DNA of 64,000 nt, taken from the IMG/VR virus record IMGVR_UViG_3300012000_000005, positions 1 through 64,000 of that record. One strand, 5' to 3'. Of the stretch, positions 15,696 to 23,869 are shown piece after piece. The stretch's first letter is position 1, and every line of letters begins with the position of its first letter. A program made the translations under genes and the position numbers. This DNA comes from a virus. The notes beneath the pieces are model-generated. The model did not search any database and was not told the origin of the DNA. It saw only the letters and a program-made list of their open reading frames with translations.

Positions 15696-16718
15696 ATGAC
15701 CCCAAAACTGCTGGTAAGCATCGTAAACTACAAAGACCCAGAGTTTTTTGAAACTGTGAGGAGTCTTTGGGACACGTGCGACTTTAAAGACTCTATTGTG
15801 TTTTCTTTGGTAGATGAAGACGAGGCGCCTAAGGATTTTTCCTTTATTCCAGAAAAAAATTTAATTTACAGATATTTTCCTTCTGATAAGTACTACGGCG
15901 GCCTGTGCTGGGCAAGGAACTTAGCTACGCAAGTAGATTTTGATTACGAATACTTTGTTCAGTTTGACTCCCACAGTAGGGCTCGTAATGGGTGGGATAG
16001 AAAAGGGTACGAAAACTATAAATATATAGAAGCGGCATTTCCAGAAGAAAAAGTATTAATTTGCTATGCCCCTCCTTCCTATTTTATAGATAAAGAGGGG
16101 AACGTAAATTTAGAATTAGAAACCAACAAGTTTGGACAAAGAGCTACTTGGTATAAAGACTTAGTTCCAGGATATGAATTTCCTGGGTATAGAGAATTAA
16201 CTGGAACAGAGGTTGCGAAAACATATTGGACCACTTGTATGTACATATTTGCTCCATATGCGTGGATAGATGAAGTTGGAGTAGATGGGGTTGGAGCTTT
16301 TAGTACTGAAGAGTTCAATCAATCTATAAGAACATTTTCAAAAGGTTGGTCCATATATGCAATTGGGGCCAGAGACGTTTTTCATCAACACCACGACTCT
16401 TGGGGACGAAACTATACAAAGGCAGCTTTACGGCCTTGGGGTGATGAAAGAGAAAACGCTTATTGGGACCATGTACTAAGTGCTACTAACCACCTTGGCA
16501 GACTTCTAGCTGGGTTAGAAGACGTGCCCATAGAAAAAGTAAAAGAGTTTTTTAAAGTGACTGAAATAGATGAGCGTTTCTTAGGTATGTCAGATGCTTA
16601 CTACGACATGGTTAATGCACGAGGTAAGGCTCTGGGAATGCCACCAAGACCAAACAGAAACGGTATGCCCCCTCTACCCTCTCCAGACGCACCAGTATTT
16701 AAGCCTGACAGACCGTAA
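15696..16718 (+). CDS. GlcNAc transferase, Gnt1/GT60-like (Skp1-hydroxyproline GlcNAc-transferase family)
   Basis: VSIVNYKDPE...T..SL, G.CWARN, FVQFDSHSR...WD, EE....IR.FS.GW.IY match the GT60 pattern. Confidence 0.7.
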   Translation: MTPKLLVSIVNYKDPEFFETVRSLWDTCDFKDSIVFSLVDEDEAPKDFSFIPEKNLIYRYFPSDKYYGGLCWARNLATQVDFDYEYFVQFDSHSRARNGWDRKGYENYKYIEAAFPEEKVLICYAPPSYFIDKEGNVNLELETNKFGQRATWYKDLVPGYEFPGYRELTGTEVAKTYWTTCMYIFAPYAWIDEVGVDGVGAFSTEEFNQSIRTFSKGWSIYAIGARDVFHQHHDSWGRNYTKAALRPWGDERENAYWDHVLSATNHLGRLLAGLEDVPIEKVKEFFKVTEIDERFLGMSDAYYDMVNARGKALGMPPRPNRNGMPPLPSPDAPVFKPDRP

Positions 16719-16733
16719 ATACTCTTAGACAAT
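16698..16733 (+). promoter_or_regulatory. Putative late promoter motif
   Basis: GCCTGAC-N18-GACAAT; same spacing at four other sites. Confidence 0.55.
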
Positions 16734-16789
16734 AGGTAAGGCGCCCCCGATATCAGGCGTTCACTACCACTCTAGAGAATAGGTACAAA

Positions 16790-17761
16790 ATGGCAACAGA
16801 TTCTTCAGGTCAGCAGGCCGTTGATTTTGTATGGGGTAACTTCCCTATGCAACCCAACGATGACCGTGCAGCGACCGTAACTAACACAGGTGGGTCTACT
16901 GGCGACTATGGCTGGGCACAGACCACTTTGGTTGCAAGTGCTCGCCTTGATGCAGCATTAGACAACCACGCAAATGCAGAAGCGGGTTGGTCAGGTTATC
17001 CAACATTTATCGCAGGAGCAGGTAACTATATGGTTACTGAAGCTTCAGGTAACGGAACAACCGTAACCTACAAGTCCCAAAACAATCTTGCTGCAGGAGA
17101 TACAGTAAACATTACTGGTCTTACAGCATCTGGTTACAACCTTTCAAACGCAACTGTAGCTAGCGCAAACGCTCTTCAGTTCACAGTAACAAACGCAGCA
17201 AACGGTGGCCTTATTACAGGTCAGCGCGGTAAGGTTGAGTCAACAACTGCTCTAACAGCAGCTGATGGCGTAGGTCTTGGAAACATTATCGTTCCAAATG
17301 TTCTTGGTACAACCACAGCATTTGCTGTTGATGCTCTTCGTGATGCAGGCTACGAATTGGCTAATATCACCACAGCATCGGCTGCTGCTAACGCACGCAC
17401 CAACATCACTCGCTTCAATGCCACAAGCGCTACAGTTGCAGTTATTTACGCTACAAGCGCAAACACCAACTACCCAACAGGCACCAAGGTCACACTTGTT
17501 GCAGGAACTCCAGCTGGCGTAAGCCCAGTCAACCTTCCAGCATACGCACTTGGTACTTGGACAGTTACAGGTTCTGCAGGCGCAGGTCAGATTACTGTTT
17601 CAGGTTCTGGCTTTACAGTTGCAGACACAACTGGCATCAATGCAACTGGAACACTCGGCGGAGCAAATGGCACCATCAGAACCCAGAGCACTGCAGCAAA
17701 CGCAGCAGGCATTGCTACAACCGCAACAATTACCATCACCCCTTGGGCAAACGCTTCTTAA
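16790..17761 (+). CDS. PASTA-like domain virion protein
   Basis: VDFVWGNFPMQPNDDR N-terminus; VPNVLG.T...A..AL..AG and GTIRTQS halves of a PASTA-like repeat. Confidence 0.6.
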   Translation: MATDSSGQQAVDFVWGNFPMQPNDDRAATVTNTGGSTGDYGWAQTTLVASARLDAALDNHANAEAGWSGYPTFIAGAGNYMVTEASGNGTTVTYKSQNNLAAGDTVNITGLTASGYNLSNATVASANALQFTVTNAANGGLITGQRGKVESTTALTAADGVGLGNIIVPNVLGTTTAFAVDALRDAGYELANITTASAAANARTNITRFNATSATVAVIYATSANTNYPTGTKVTLVAGTPAGVSPVNLPAYALGTWTVTGSAGAGQITVSGSGFTVADTTGINATGTLGGANGTIRTQSTAANAAGIATTATITITPWANAS

Positions 17762-17775
17762 TAGCGGCCCAAATA

Positions 17776-17808
17776 GAAAGGCCCCCCGCGTTCTGCAGGG
17801 GGCCTTTC
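17776..17808. terminator. Bidirectional terminator between convergent genes
   Basis: GAAAGGCCCCC...GGGGGCCTTTC. Confidence 0.8.
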
Positions 17809-17818
17809 CTCTTTCAAG

Positions 17819-18367
17819 CTAGTTTATTGTCGGAAACTCCTTATAGAAGTCTTCAAATCTTTCTCCATTTTTCTGTCCTGGATACACCTTCCACGATGTC
17901 CAGTCTGCGCCTCCGTTTGACATGTGGTACGCAATTTGTGCGTTAGTCACGGGGTCAAGCAGTTCTTTATTAGATTGTAGGTTGAATTTTTCTCGCCTAT
18001 CCGCTCCTAGGTCACCAAGCATATTGATTTGGAAGATGCCATATGAGTTATCTCCCGTATTCGTATTGTCGTTGTGGGCAATAGGTCGGCCGTTGGATTC
18101 TTTCATCGCAACAGCCCAAGCAGTCCTGAGGGCCTTTCCCTCAAACCCGACTGCTTGAAGCAGGTCTTTAAGTTCCGCCTTGTCTAATGACTTGGCATTC
18201 CTAAAGTCAGCTAACGGGTCTTCGACTACGACTATAGGTCGCACCGCTTCTTGTGTACCCACATCTGCTCTTGCTGCTGCAATTACAAATGGGCTACCAA
18301 TCAGTACCATGACATAAGCCATGATAACCGCCAGTTGGCTGGTTTGCTCTTTGCTGATATTAAGCAT
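17819..18367 (-). CDS. Lysozyme-like transglycosylase with N-terminal TM or signal anchor
   Basis: AVAMKES (catalytic Glu), SYGIFQINM, DPVTNA.IAY, W..W. Confidence 0.85.
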   Translation of the reverse strand: MLNISKEQTSQLAVIMAYVMVLIGSPFVIAAARADVGTQEAVRPIVVVEDPLADFRNAKSLDKAELKDLLQAVGFEGKALRTAWAVAMKESNGRPIAHNDNTNTGDNSYGIFQINMLGDLGADRREKFNLQSNKELLDPVTNAQIAYHMSNGGADWTSWKVYPGQKNGERFEDFYKEFPTIN

Positions 18368-18601
18368 TTAATTGCTCCTCTCAGTAGTGGCAAAAGGCTC
18401 CATTGCTGGAGCCTTTCAGGTTCTAGACTGCCACAGAGTTACAGCAATGGTCAAGTTAAGCCACGCATAGAAAAAATAATTTTTTTACGCTGACATAATC
18501 AAAATCTCAGTATTTAATATAAATACGGTATTTCTGCATTTTATTGCTGCACGGACGACATACACGCGTATTCTAATTTAAACTACCATGGGGAGCAGTA
18601 A

Positions 18602-18847
18602 ATGTCTTTTGCAGAATGGGCCGCTACGCTAGCTAGCTTGTCAGCTTTTGGAGCCGCAATCATCGCGGCCACATCTTGGATACTAAAGAATTACCTAAAG
18701 AACTTTGTTCACGAGTTGAAGCCCAATGGAGGCTCCTCAATAAAAGACACCGTCAATAAGATTCACTTGGAGCTCACTGACCTCCGCATCTCGGTAGCCC
18801 GTCTAGAGGGTCGCTTTTCTCAACACCTAGAAGACGGAAAAGAGTAA
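18602..18847 (+). CDS. Single-TM membrane protein (lysis cassette)
   Basis: TM helix followed by ELKPNGGSS.KD coiled coil, typical of actinophage lysis regions. Confidence 0.65.
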   Translation: MSFAEWAATLASLSAFGAAIIAATSWILKNYLKNFVHELKPNGGSSIKDTVNKIHLELTDLRISVARLEGRFSQHLEDGKE

Positions 18848-18882
18848 TTTAGCCTGACATTACATTTCTCCTGGGGCACACT
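18848..18882 (+). promoter_or_regulatory. Putative late promoter motif
   Basis: TTTAGCCTGAC-N18-CACACT. Confidence 0.55.
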
Positions 18883-18908
18883 AGTAGGTGACCTAAAAGG
18901 AGATTTTG

Positions 18909-19466
18909 ATGGCAGAACAAGGTACCGCCGCCCGACTCGTAGAAGTCGCGCTTGGCGAAGTTGGCTATGTTGAAGGTCCTAAAGACAATGAGACCAAATA
19001 TGGCAAATTTACAAAAGCAAACTATCAGCCATGGTGTGGCAGCTTTGTAATGTGGTGCGCCAATGAGGCTGGCGTTAAAGTTCCTAATACTGTTTATACC
19101 CCAGCAGGCGCAGAAGCTTTTAAGAAAACTGGTCGCTGGCATGAAGATAATCCACAGCCTGGAGATGTCGTTTATTTTGATTTCCCTGCAGACGGCGTAG
19201 ACCGCATTTCTCACGTAGGTATTGTTGTTAAAGATAACGGTGATGGAACCGTAACCTGCATAGAAGGAAACACAGCAGGAGACCCTAAAGGTAATCAGCG
19301 CAACGGCGGCGAATGCTGCAAGAAAGTTCGCGCTTATAAGAAAAACAATGCTAAGAAACTTCAGGTCGGAATCGTTGGTTTCGGTCGCCCTAAATTTGCT
19401 GGAGGCGCTGCTGCGCCAGCATCAGAAGAAAAACTCTGTCCAACCTGCAAGCAGCCAGTTAAATAA
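18909..19466 (+). CDS. CHAP-domain endolysin
   Basis: QPWCGSFV (catalytic Cys), SHVGIV (His), IEGNT. Confidence 0.85.
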   Translation: MAEQGTAARLVEVALGEVGYVEGPKDNETKYGKFTKANYQPWCGSFVMWCANEAGVKVPNTVYTPAGAEAFKKTGRWHEDNPQPGDVVYFDFPADGVDRISHVGIVVKDNGDGTVTCIEGNTAGDPKGNQRNGGECCKKVRAYKKNNAKKLQVGIVGFGRPKFAGGAAAPASEEKLCPTCKQPVK

Positions 19467-19476
19467 GGAGCTATAT

Positions 19477-19758
19477 ATGAACAAAGCGGTAATTGAATCC
19501 TACGCACGCAACTTGTTAGGTCAAGTTATTGGTGCGGTAATGATTGTTATGCAGACAAGTGGAGCAGCGACCCCTCTAGCGTTTGGCTCATCAGAGTGGC
19601 TTTTAGTTGCAAACGCACTATGGGCATCGTTAGTACCTGTTGCACTTCGTTGGGTTAATAAGAAAGACCCAGCATTTGGCCGAGTTGCAGACGCAGCGGC
19701 AAAAGAAATTACAAAAAAGATTGCAGCTGAAGTTAAAAAATCAGCTAAGAAGAAGTAA
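19477..19758 (+). CDS. Putative holin
   Basis: Two TM segments, RWVNKKDPAFG, basic C-tail; follows endolysin; AAGGAG SD. Confidence 0.65.
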   Translation: MNKAVIESYARNLLGQVIGAVMIVMQTSGAATPLAFGSSEWLLVANALWASLVPVALRWVNKKDPAFGRVADAAAKEITKKIAAEVKKSAKKK

Positions 19759-19769
19759 GGAAAAGACAC

Positions 19770-19997
19770 ATGGCAAGCAAAATTCAATGCGATAACTGCG
19801 ATAACTCCGCATCCTATACATGTGCAGACCCAGGTGTAAACCCTGTTAACTACTGCACAGACTGTCTTCCAACCTGGCTGCTGCAAAGAGCCGAGGCTGG
19901 TCACTTCCCATTAGTTGAACAGCTTCCAGACTCTGATAAACCAAAGAAGAAGGCTGAAGCAAAGGCAGAAGCGTCTTCGGCAGATGAAGGTAATTAG
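19770..19997 (+). CDS. Zinc-finger hypothetical protein
   Basis: CDNC...YCTDCLP. Confidence 0.65.
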   Translation: MASKIQCDNCDNSASYTCADPGVNPVNYCTDCLPTWLLQRAEAGHFPLVEQLPDSDKPKKKAEAKAEASSADEGN

Positions 19998-20265
19998 AAA
20001 ACAGGCTGTACAGGTACACCCAGTACCAGACCGTATAACTGAGCCTCAGGGCCCTTTTCCTAGAGAACTATTTAGGGAACAGAGGATAGTCACTGACTAT
20101 CAATCTGCCTATGATGAAGATGGGTCAGACGTACCTATCGGCGGCACTGTTCAAAATAACTTTGAACGCGTAATGCGTTGTGCCCGTTGTTTTGAAAAAG
20201 TGCTACAGTCTGAGACTAAAGACCATGTTTGCGAGGACGTAGCCGAAGATGCCGAAGAAGAATAG
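19984..20265 (+). CDS. Hypothetical protein with CxxC...HxC
   Basis: ATG 19984 overlapping upstream gene. Confidence 0.6.
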   Translation: MKVIRKQAVQVHPVPDRITEPQGPFPRELFREQRIVTDYQSAYDEDGSDVPIGGTVQNNFERVMRCARCFEKVLQSETKDHVCEDVAEDAEEE

Positions 20266-20734
20266 CGGTTATTACAAACGCTCCGCCGATAACGCAAATC
20301 GAGTACTAAACCTATCTCAGGCATTTGCTGAAAAACTTGGCGTTCAATCTCCAATTGATAAGGCGTTCTCTGCCGCTATCCCCATGGAAGTTTCTCAGGG
20401 GTTTAGACAAAGGTCTGCTAACACTACTAACCCTTCACGCCCAAGAGCGCAAGCAATTGCTTATCATTCAGAAACTAAAGTTTTGTATGTGGTATTTAGA
20501 GACGGTACTTGGTGGGAGTATAGAAATTGCCCACCTATACATTGGCAAAACTTACAGACAACAGAATCAACTGGTAAATATCTAAGAGAAAGCGGCTTGG
20601 ACAAATGGCCAGATATGGGACCAGCAAACGTCTCGGACTTACCAGAGGATGGTGGACTTTCCGCATCTTCTAAAGAGATGTTAAGTTATGCAGCTGAAGT
20701 ATCAAAAAGAATGCAGGCAGATACGGAGTTCTAA
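20249..20734 (+). CDS. KTSC-domain protein
   Basis: AIAY......L.V.FRDG..WEY..P...W..L....S.GKY. Confidence 0.75.
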   Translation: MPKKNSGYYKRSADNANRVLNLSQAFAEKLGVQSPIDKAFSAAIPMEVSQGFRQRSANTTNPSRPRAQAIAYHSETKVLYVVFRDGTWWEYRNCPPIHWQNLQTTESTGKYLRESGLDKWPDMGPANVSDLPEDGGLSASSKEMLSYAAEVSKRMQADTEF

Positions 20735-20737
20735 TAT

Positions 20738-21028
20738 ATGAAGTCAATCGGACCACTATACGTTGGCAAACTTAGATATTGGCATAAAAAAGCCCTACCC
20801 ATTCTAGAAATAGGTTCTACCCAAGAAACAGACTTCCCATACAGGAAAGGGAAGTGTTTAGTATTTAGAGCCCCGTTTACTGAGCCTGGTTATTACTGTG
20901 GGGTGTTTTATAAAACCCCAAACGTGGCGCCTGATGACGACGACACTATTGATAGGCTATTCTTAGATGCCATGAAAGGCAGAAAAGCCTGGGTACCTGA
21001 GGACGGAGCATATGATGAGTTTTTTTAA
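20738..21028 (+). CDS. Hypothetical protein
   Basis: ORF track, operon position. Confidence 0.65.
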   Translation: MKSIGPLYVGKLRYWHKKALPILEIGSTQETDFPYRKGKCLVFRAPFTEPGYYCGVFYKTPNVAPDDDDTIDRLFLDAMKGRKAWVPEDGAYDEFF

Positions 21029-21257
21029 AAAAGAACCGTGGGTAAAACCTTTCCCTGAAAAAGTGGCTAAAAGAGTATCTAGGATTCCAACAGCTGAGTT
21101 AGAAATGTGGGCTGAGCAGGCTCTGATTGAGATATCCAAGTGTTTATCTGGATATTCAAAGAAAAGGGACCAGGTTTACATTGATGAGGCCCTAAAGGGC
21201 TCTGAGGCCCTCCACGCAGTAGTTGACGAGTTGCATCGCCGAGTGACTATCAAATAG
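21012..21257 (+). CDS. Hypothetical protein
   Basis: ORF track, GGAG SD. Confidence 0.65.
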   Translation: MMSFFKKEPWVKPFPEKVAKRVSRIPTAELEMWAEQALIEISKCLSGYSKKRDQVYIDEALKGSEALHAVVDELHRRVTIK

Positions 21258-21361
21258 GATTATGATAGAATTGGCTCTGCCTCTCTCTTCCTCTCCCGTG
21301 TGATGGCCAAAGAACCTGGGTTTCAACATCCAGGTTTTTTGTTTTCCTCTAAACTTTCCAT

Positions 21362-22963
21362 ATGGAGAATTACAACGTGCTAGAAGATGAAGAAGACGAC
21401 CAATTTTTTCCAGACGATGAGCTGGAAGATGAAGACAGTGTTCCCGAAGAGGTTGAAGAAGAAGAGCTTGATGAACTCTCTAAAGAGTTTGTAAAAAAGC
21501 TTGTAGATAAAACAATTACTTTTATGAACGCCCTTGTTGGGCATGAGTTACACCCATATCAAATGCCTCTTGCGCGTCGCATCATTGAGTCTGTAATTAT
21601 TAACGACGGTGAAGAAATTACTGCGTTAGCAGCCCGTCAGTCAGGTAAATCAGAAACTATTGCTAACACCGTAGCAACATTGATGGTTCTTTTGCCACGT
21701 CTTGCAAAAATGTACCCAGACTTACTAGGTCAGTTTAAAGACGGTATTTGGGTAGGCATGTTTGCTCCCGTTGAAGGTCAGGTAGAAACACTATTTGGTA
21801 GAACTGTTAATAGGCTTACTAGTGAGCGTGCACAAGAGATTTTAGGCGACCCAGAGATTGATGATTCTCTTGGCAAGGTCCCTGGAGTTACACGACAGAT
21901 TAAACTTAAAAACTCAAGCAGTAGCCTTATGATGATGACTGCTAACCCGCGTGCAAAGATTGAGTCTAAATCCTTCCACCTTATTGTTATTGACGAGTGT
22001 CAAGAAGCAGACGACTTTGTAGTATCTAAATCTATCTCTCCTATGTTGGCGTACTACTCAGGAACTATGGTTAAGACTGGTACACCAACAACTTCTAAGA
22101 ATAACTTTTACCGCTCTATTCAGTTAAACAAGCGCAGACAAACAGCAAGGTCTGTACGTATGAATCATTTTGAGTGGGACTATAAAGACGTTTCTAAGTT
22201 CAACGCTAACTACGCAAAGTTCATCAAGAAAGAGATGTTGCGTATCGGTGAGGACTCTGACGAGTTCCAGATGTCGTATAACTGCAAGTGGTTACTAGAA
22301 CGAGGTATGTTTGTAACCTCAGCTATTATGGATGAGCTTGGTGACACTTCTCAGGAAACCGTTAAGGCTTGGCACCGTTCTCCAGTGGTAGTTGGTATTG
22401 ACCCAGCCCGTAAGTTAGACTCTACAGTTGTAACAGTTGTCTGGGTAGATTGGGACCGCCCAGATGAGTTTGGATATTTTGACCACAGGGTCCTTAATTG
22501 GCTGGAGCTACAAGGTGATGACTGGGAAGACCAATATTTTCAAATTACTAACTTCTTGGGTAATTATGACGTACTTGCTGTTGGCGTTGACGCTAACGGC
22601 GTGGGTGATGCGGTTGCACAAAGACTCAAGCTCCTCCTCCCACGAGCAGAGGTTCATGCCTTAACTAGTAGCCAACCTGAACAATCTAAACGTTGGAAAC
22701 ACTTAAAAGCACTAATTGACAGGCGAATGATTGGATGGCCTGCACACGCCAAAACTAGAAGACTGCGCACATGGAAGCGTTTTTACCAACAAATGACAGA
22801 TTTGGAAACTAAATTTACAGGACCAAACTTTCTTGCCCATGCCCCTGACGAAGCCCATGCCCACGATGATTATGCCGATAGTTTGGCCATAGCCGTATCC
22901 CTAACCTTGGATATGACCATGCCTTCTGTAGAGGTCTCTACGTCCCCGTTCTTTTCTAGGTAG
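21362..22963 (+). CDS. terL: Terminase large subunit
   Basis: Walker A ARQSGKS, Walker B LIVIDE, GTP motif, nuclease GIDPA and HDDYADS. Confidence 0.92.
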   Translation: MENYNVLEDEEDDQFFPDDELEDEDSVPEEVEEEELDELSKEFVKKLVDKTITFMNALVGHELHPYQMPLARRIIESVIINDGEEITALAARQSGKSETIANTVATLMVLLPRLAKMYPDLLGQFKDGIWVGMFAPVEGQVETLFGRTVNRLTSERAQEILGDPEIDDSLGKVPGVTRQIKLKNSSSSLMMMTANPRAKIESKSFHLIVIDECQEADDFVVSKSISPMLAYYSGTMVKTGTPTTSKNNFYRSIQLNKRRQTARSVRMNHFEWDYKDVSKFNANYAKFIKKEMLRIGEDSDEFQMSYNCKWLLERGMFVTSAIMDELGDTSQETVKAWHRSPVVVGIDPARKLDSTVVTVVWVDWDRPDEFGYFDHRVLNWLELQGDDWEDQYFQITNFLGNYDVLAVGVDANGVGDAVAQRLKLLLPRAEVHALTSSQPEQSKRWKHLKALIDRRMIGWPAHAKTRRLRTWKRFYQQMTDLETKFTGPNFLAHAPDEAHAHDDYADSLAIAVSLTLDMTMPSVEVSTSPFFSR

Positions 22964-22970
22964 TTACCAC

Positions 22971-23005
22971 TTTAGCCTGACTTTACGGCCAATACGTAGG
23001 ACACT
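22971..23005 (+). promoter_or_regulatory. Putative late promoter motif
   Basis: TTTAGCCTGAC-N18-GACACT. Confidence 0.55.
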
Positions 23006-23045
23006 TTTATACGAGGTCCTCAACCCTTTAATAAGGAGTATAAAA

Positions 23046-23444
23046 ATGGCAATTGCCCCAACACCTAAGTTCCCTGAGCGTCCAGGAAATATTTACGACC
23101 GTAAAGTTTCCGCAGCGACTCCTGGACAGCGCGGCCCACTTCGTTTTGAAGAAGGCCTAGCAACAGATACAGATATCCCAACACAGTTTACTAACGGCGC
23201 TATGCAAGGCTACGAGCCAGCTGCAGGACGCCCTAATCGTAACAAGCCAGTGCACACAAAGACCGCAGAAGAAACAATGCGCGAACGTGCACATGTTGGT
23301 TCAGCTGCATGGGTAGAAGCACCACAGAATCTCTCAGAGTTTTCTTCAGGCGCTTTTGCAGACCACGGCGACAACCGCTTCGAACAAGAAGTTCGCAACG
23401 GCGCTCGCCAGTACAAGTCTAACCCAGCAGTAGTCGAAGACTAA
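23046..23444 (+). CDS. Conserved hypothetical head-region protein
   Basis: Strong AAGGAG SD; between terminase and portal. Confidence 0.75.
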   Translation: MAIAPTPKFPERPGNIYDRKVSAATPGQRGPLRFEEGLATDTDIPTQFTNGAMQGYEPAAGRPNRNKPVHTKTAEETMRERAHVGSAAWVEAPQNLSEFSSGAFADHGDNRFEQEVRNGARQYKSNPAVVED

Positions 23445-23509
23445 AAAAGAGTCCGCGCCACCCCTGCACCGTATCTAAGTGCAGGGTTGGCTCTCTTTAA
23501 GGATTAACT

Positions 23510-23818
23510 ATGGCACTGATTCAAGGTAAAGAAGTAAAGAAGACGGAAAAGCAGGAACCTGCTAATCCAAAACTTTACAACATGGTTGTTGCGCAGGCTC
23601 GCGCCAAATTCACCACTTATCCTTCCCCTGCCGCTGCTCACTGGGTTCGTTCTCGTTACAATCAACTTGGTGGTCAATATGTTAAATCCAAGAGGGAAGT
23701 AGACCCTCGTTTTCGCGACTACGCCGCTGAAGAAAAGAAAAAGAAGGAAGACCAGCAAAAAAAGAAGGTCACCAAGAAAGTGGGTAAGGGTAATATCAGA
23801 GGCGAACGCTTCCGCTAA
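23510..23818 (+). CDS. Basic hypothetical protein
   Basis: NPKLY...A.AKF..YPSP.A..WV...Y...GG motif. Confidence 0.7.
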   Translation: MALIQGKEVKKTEKQEPANPKLYNMVVAQARAKFTTYPSPAAAHWVRSRYNQLGGQYVKSKREVDPRFRDYAAEEKKKKEDQQKKKVTKKVGKGNIRGERFR

Positions 23819-23869
23819 TATAAATAGCGTGGTACCCTTTCCTGGTTGTTTTTAGAAAAAGGTGGATAG

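Noticed and set aside
18387-18434. c-di-AMP (ydaO) riboswitch before the transglycosylase
   Set aside because: Too short and no recognisable consensus; kept only as a generic structured leader
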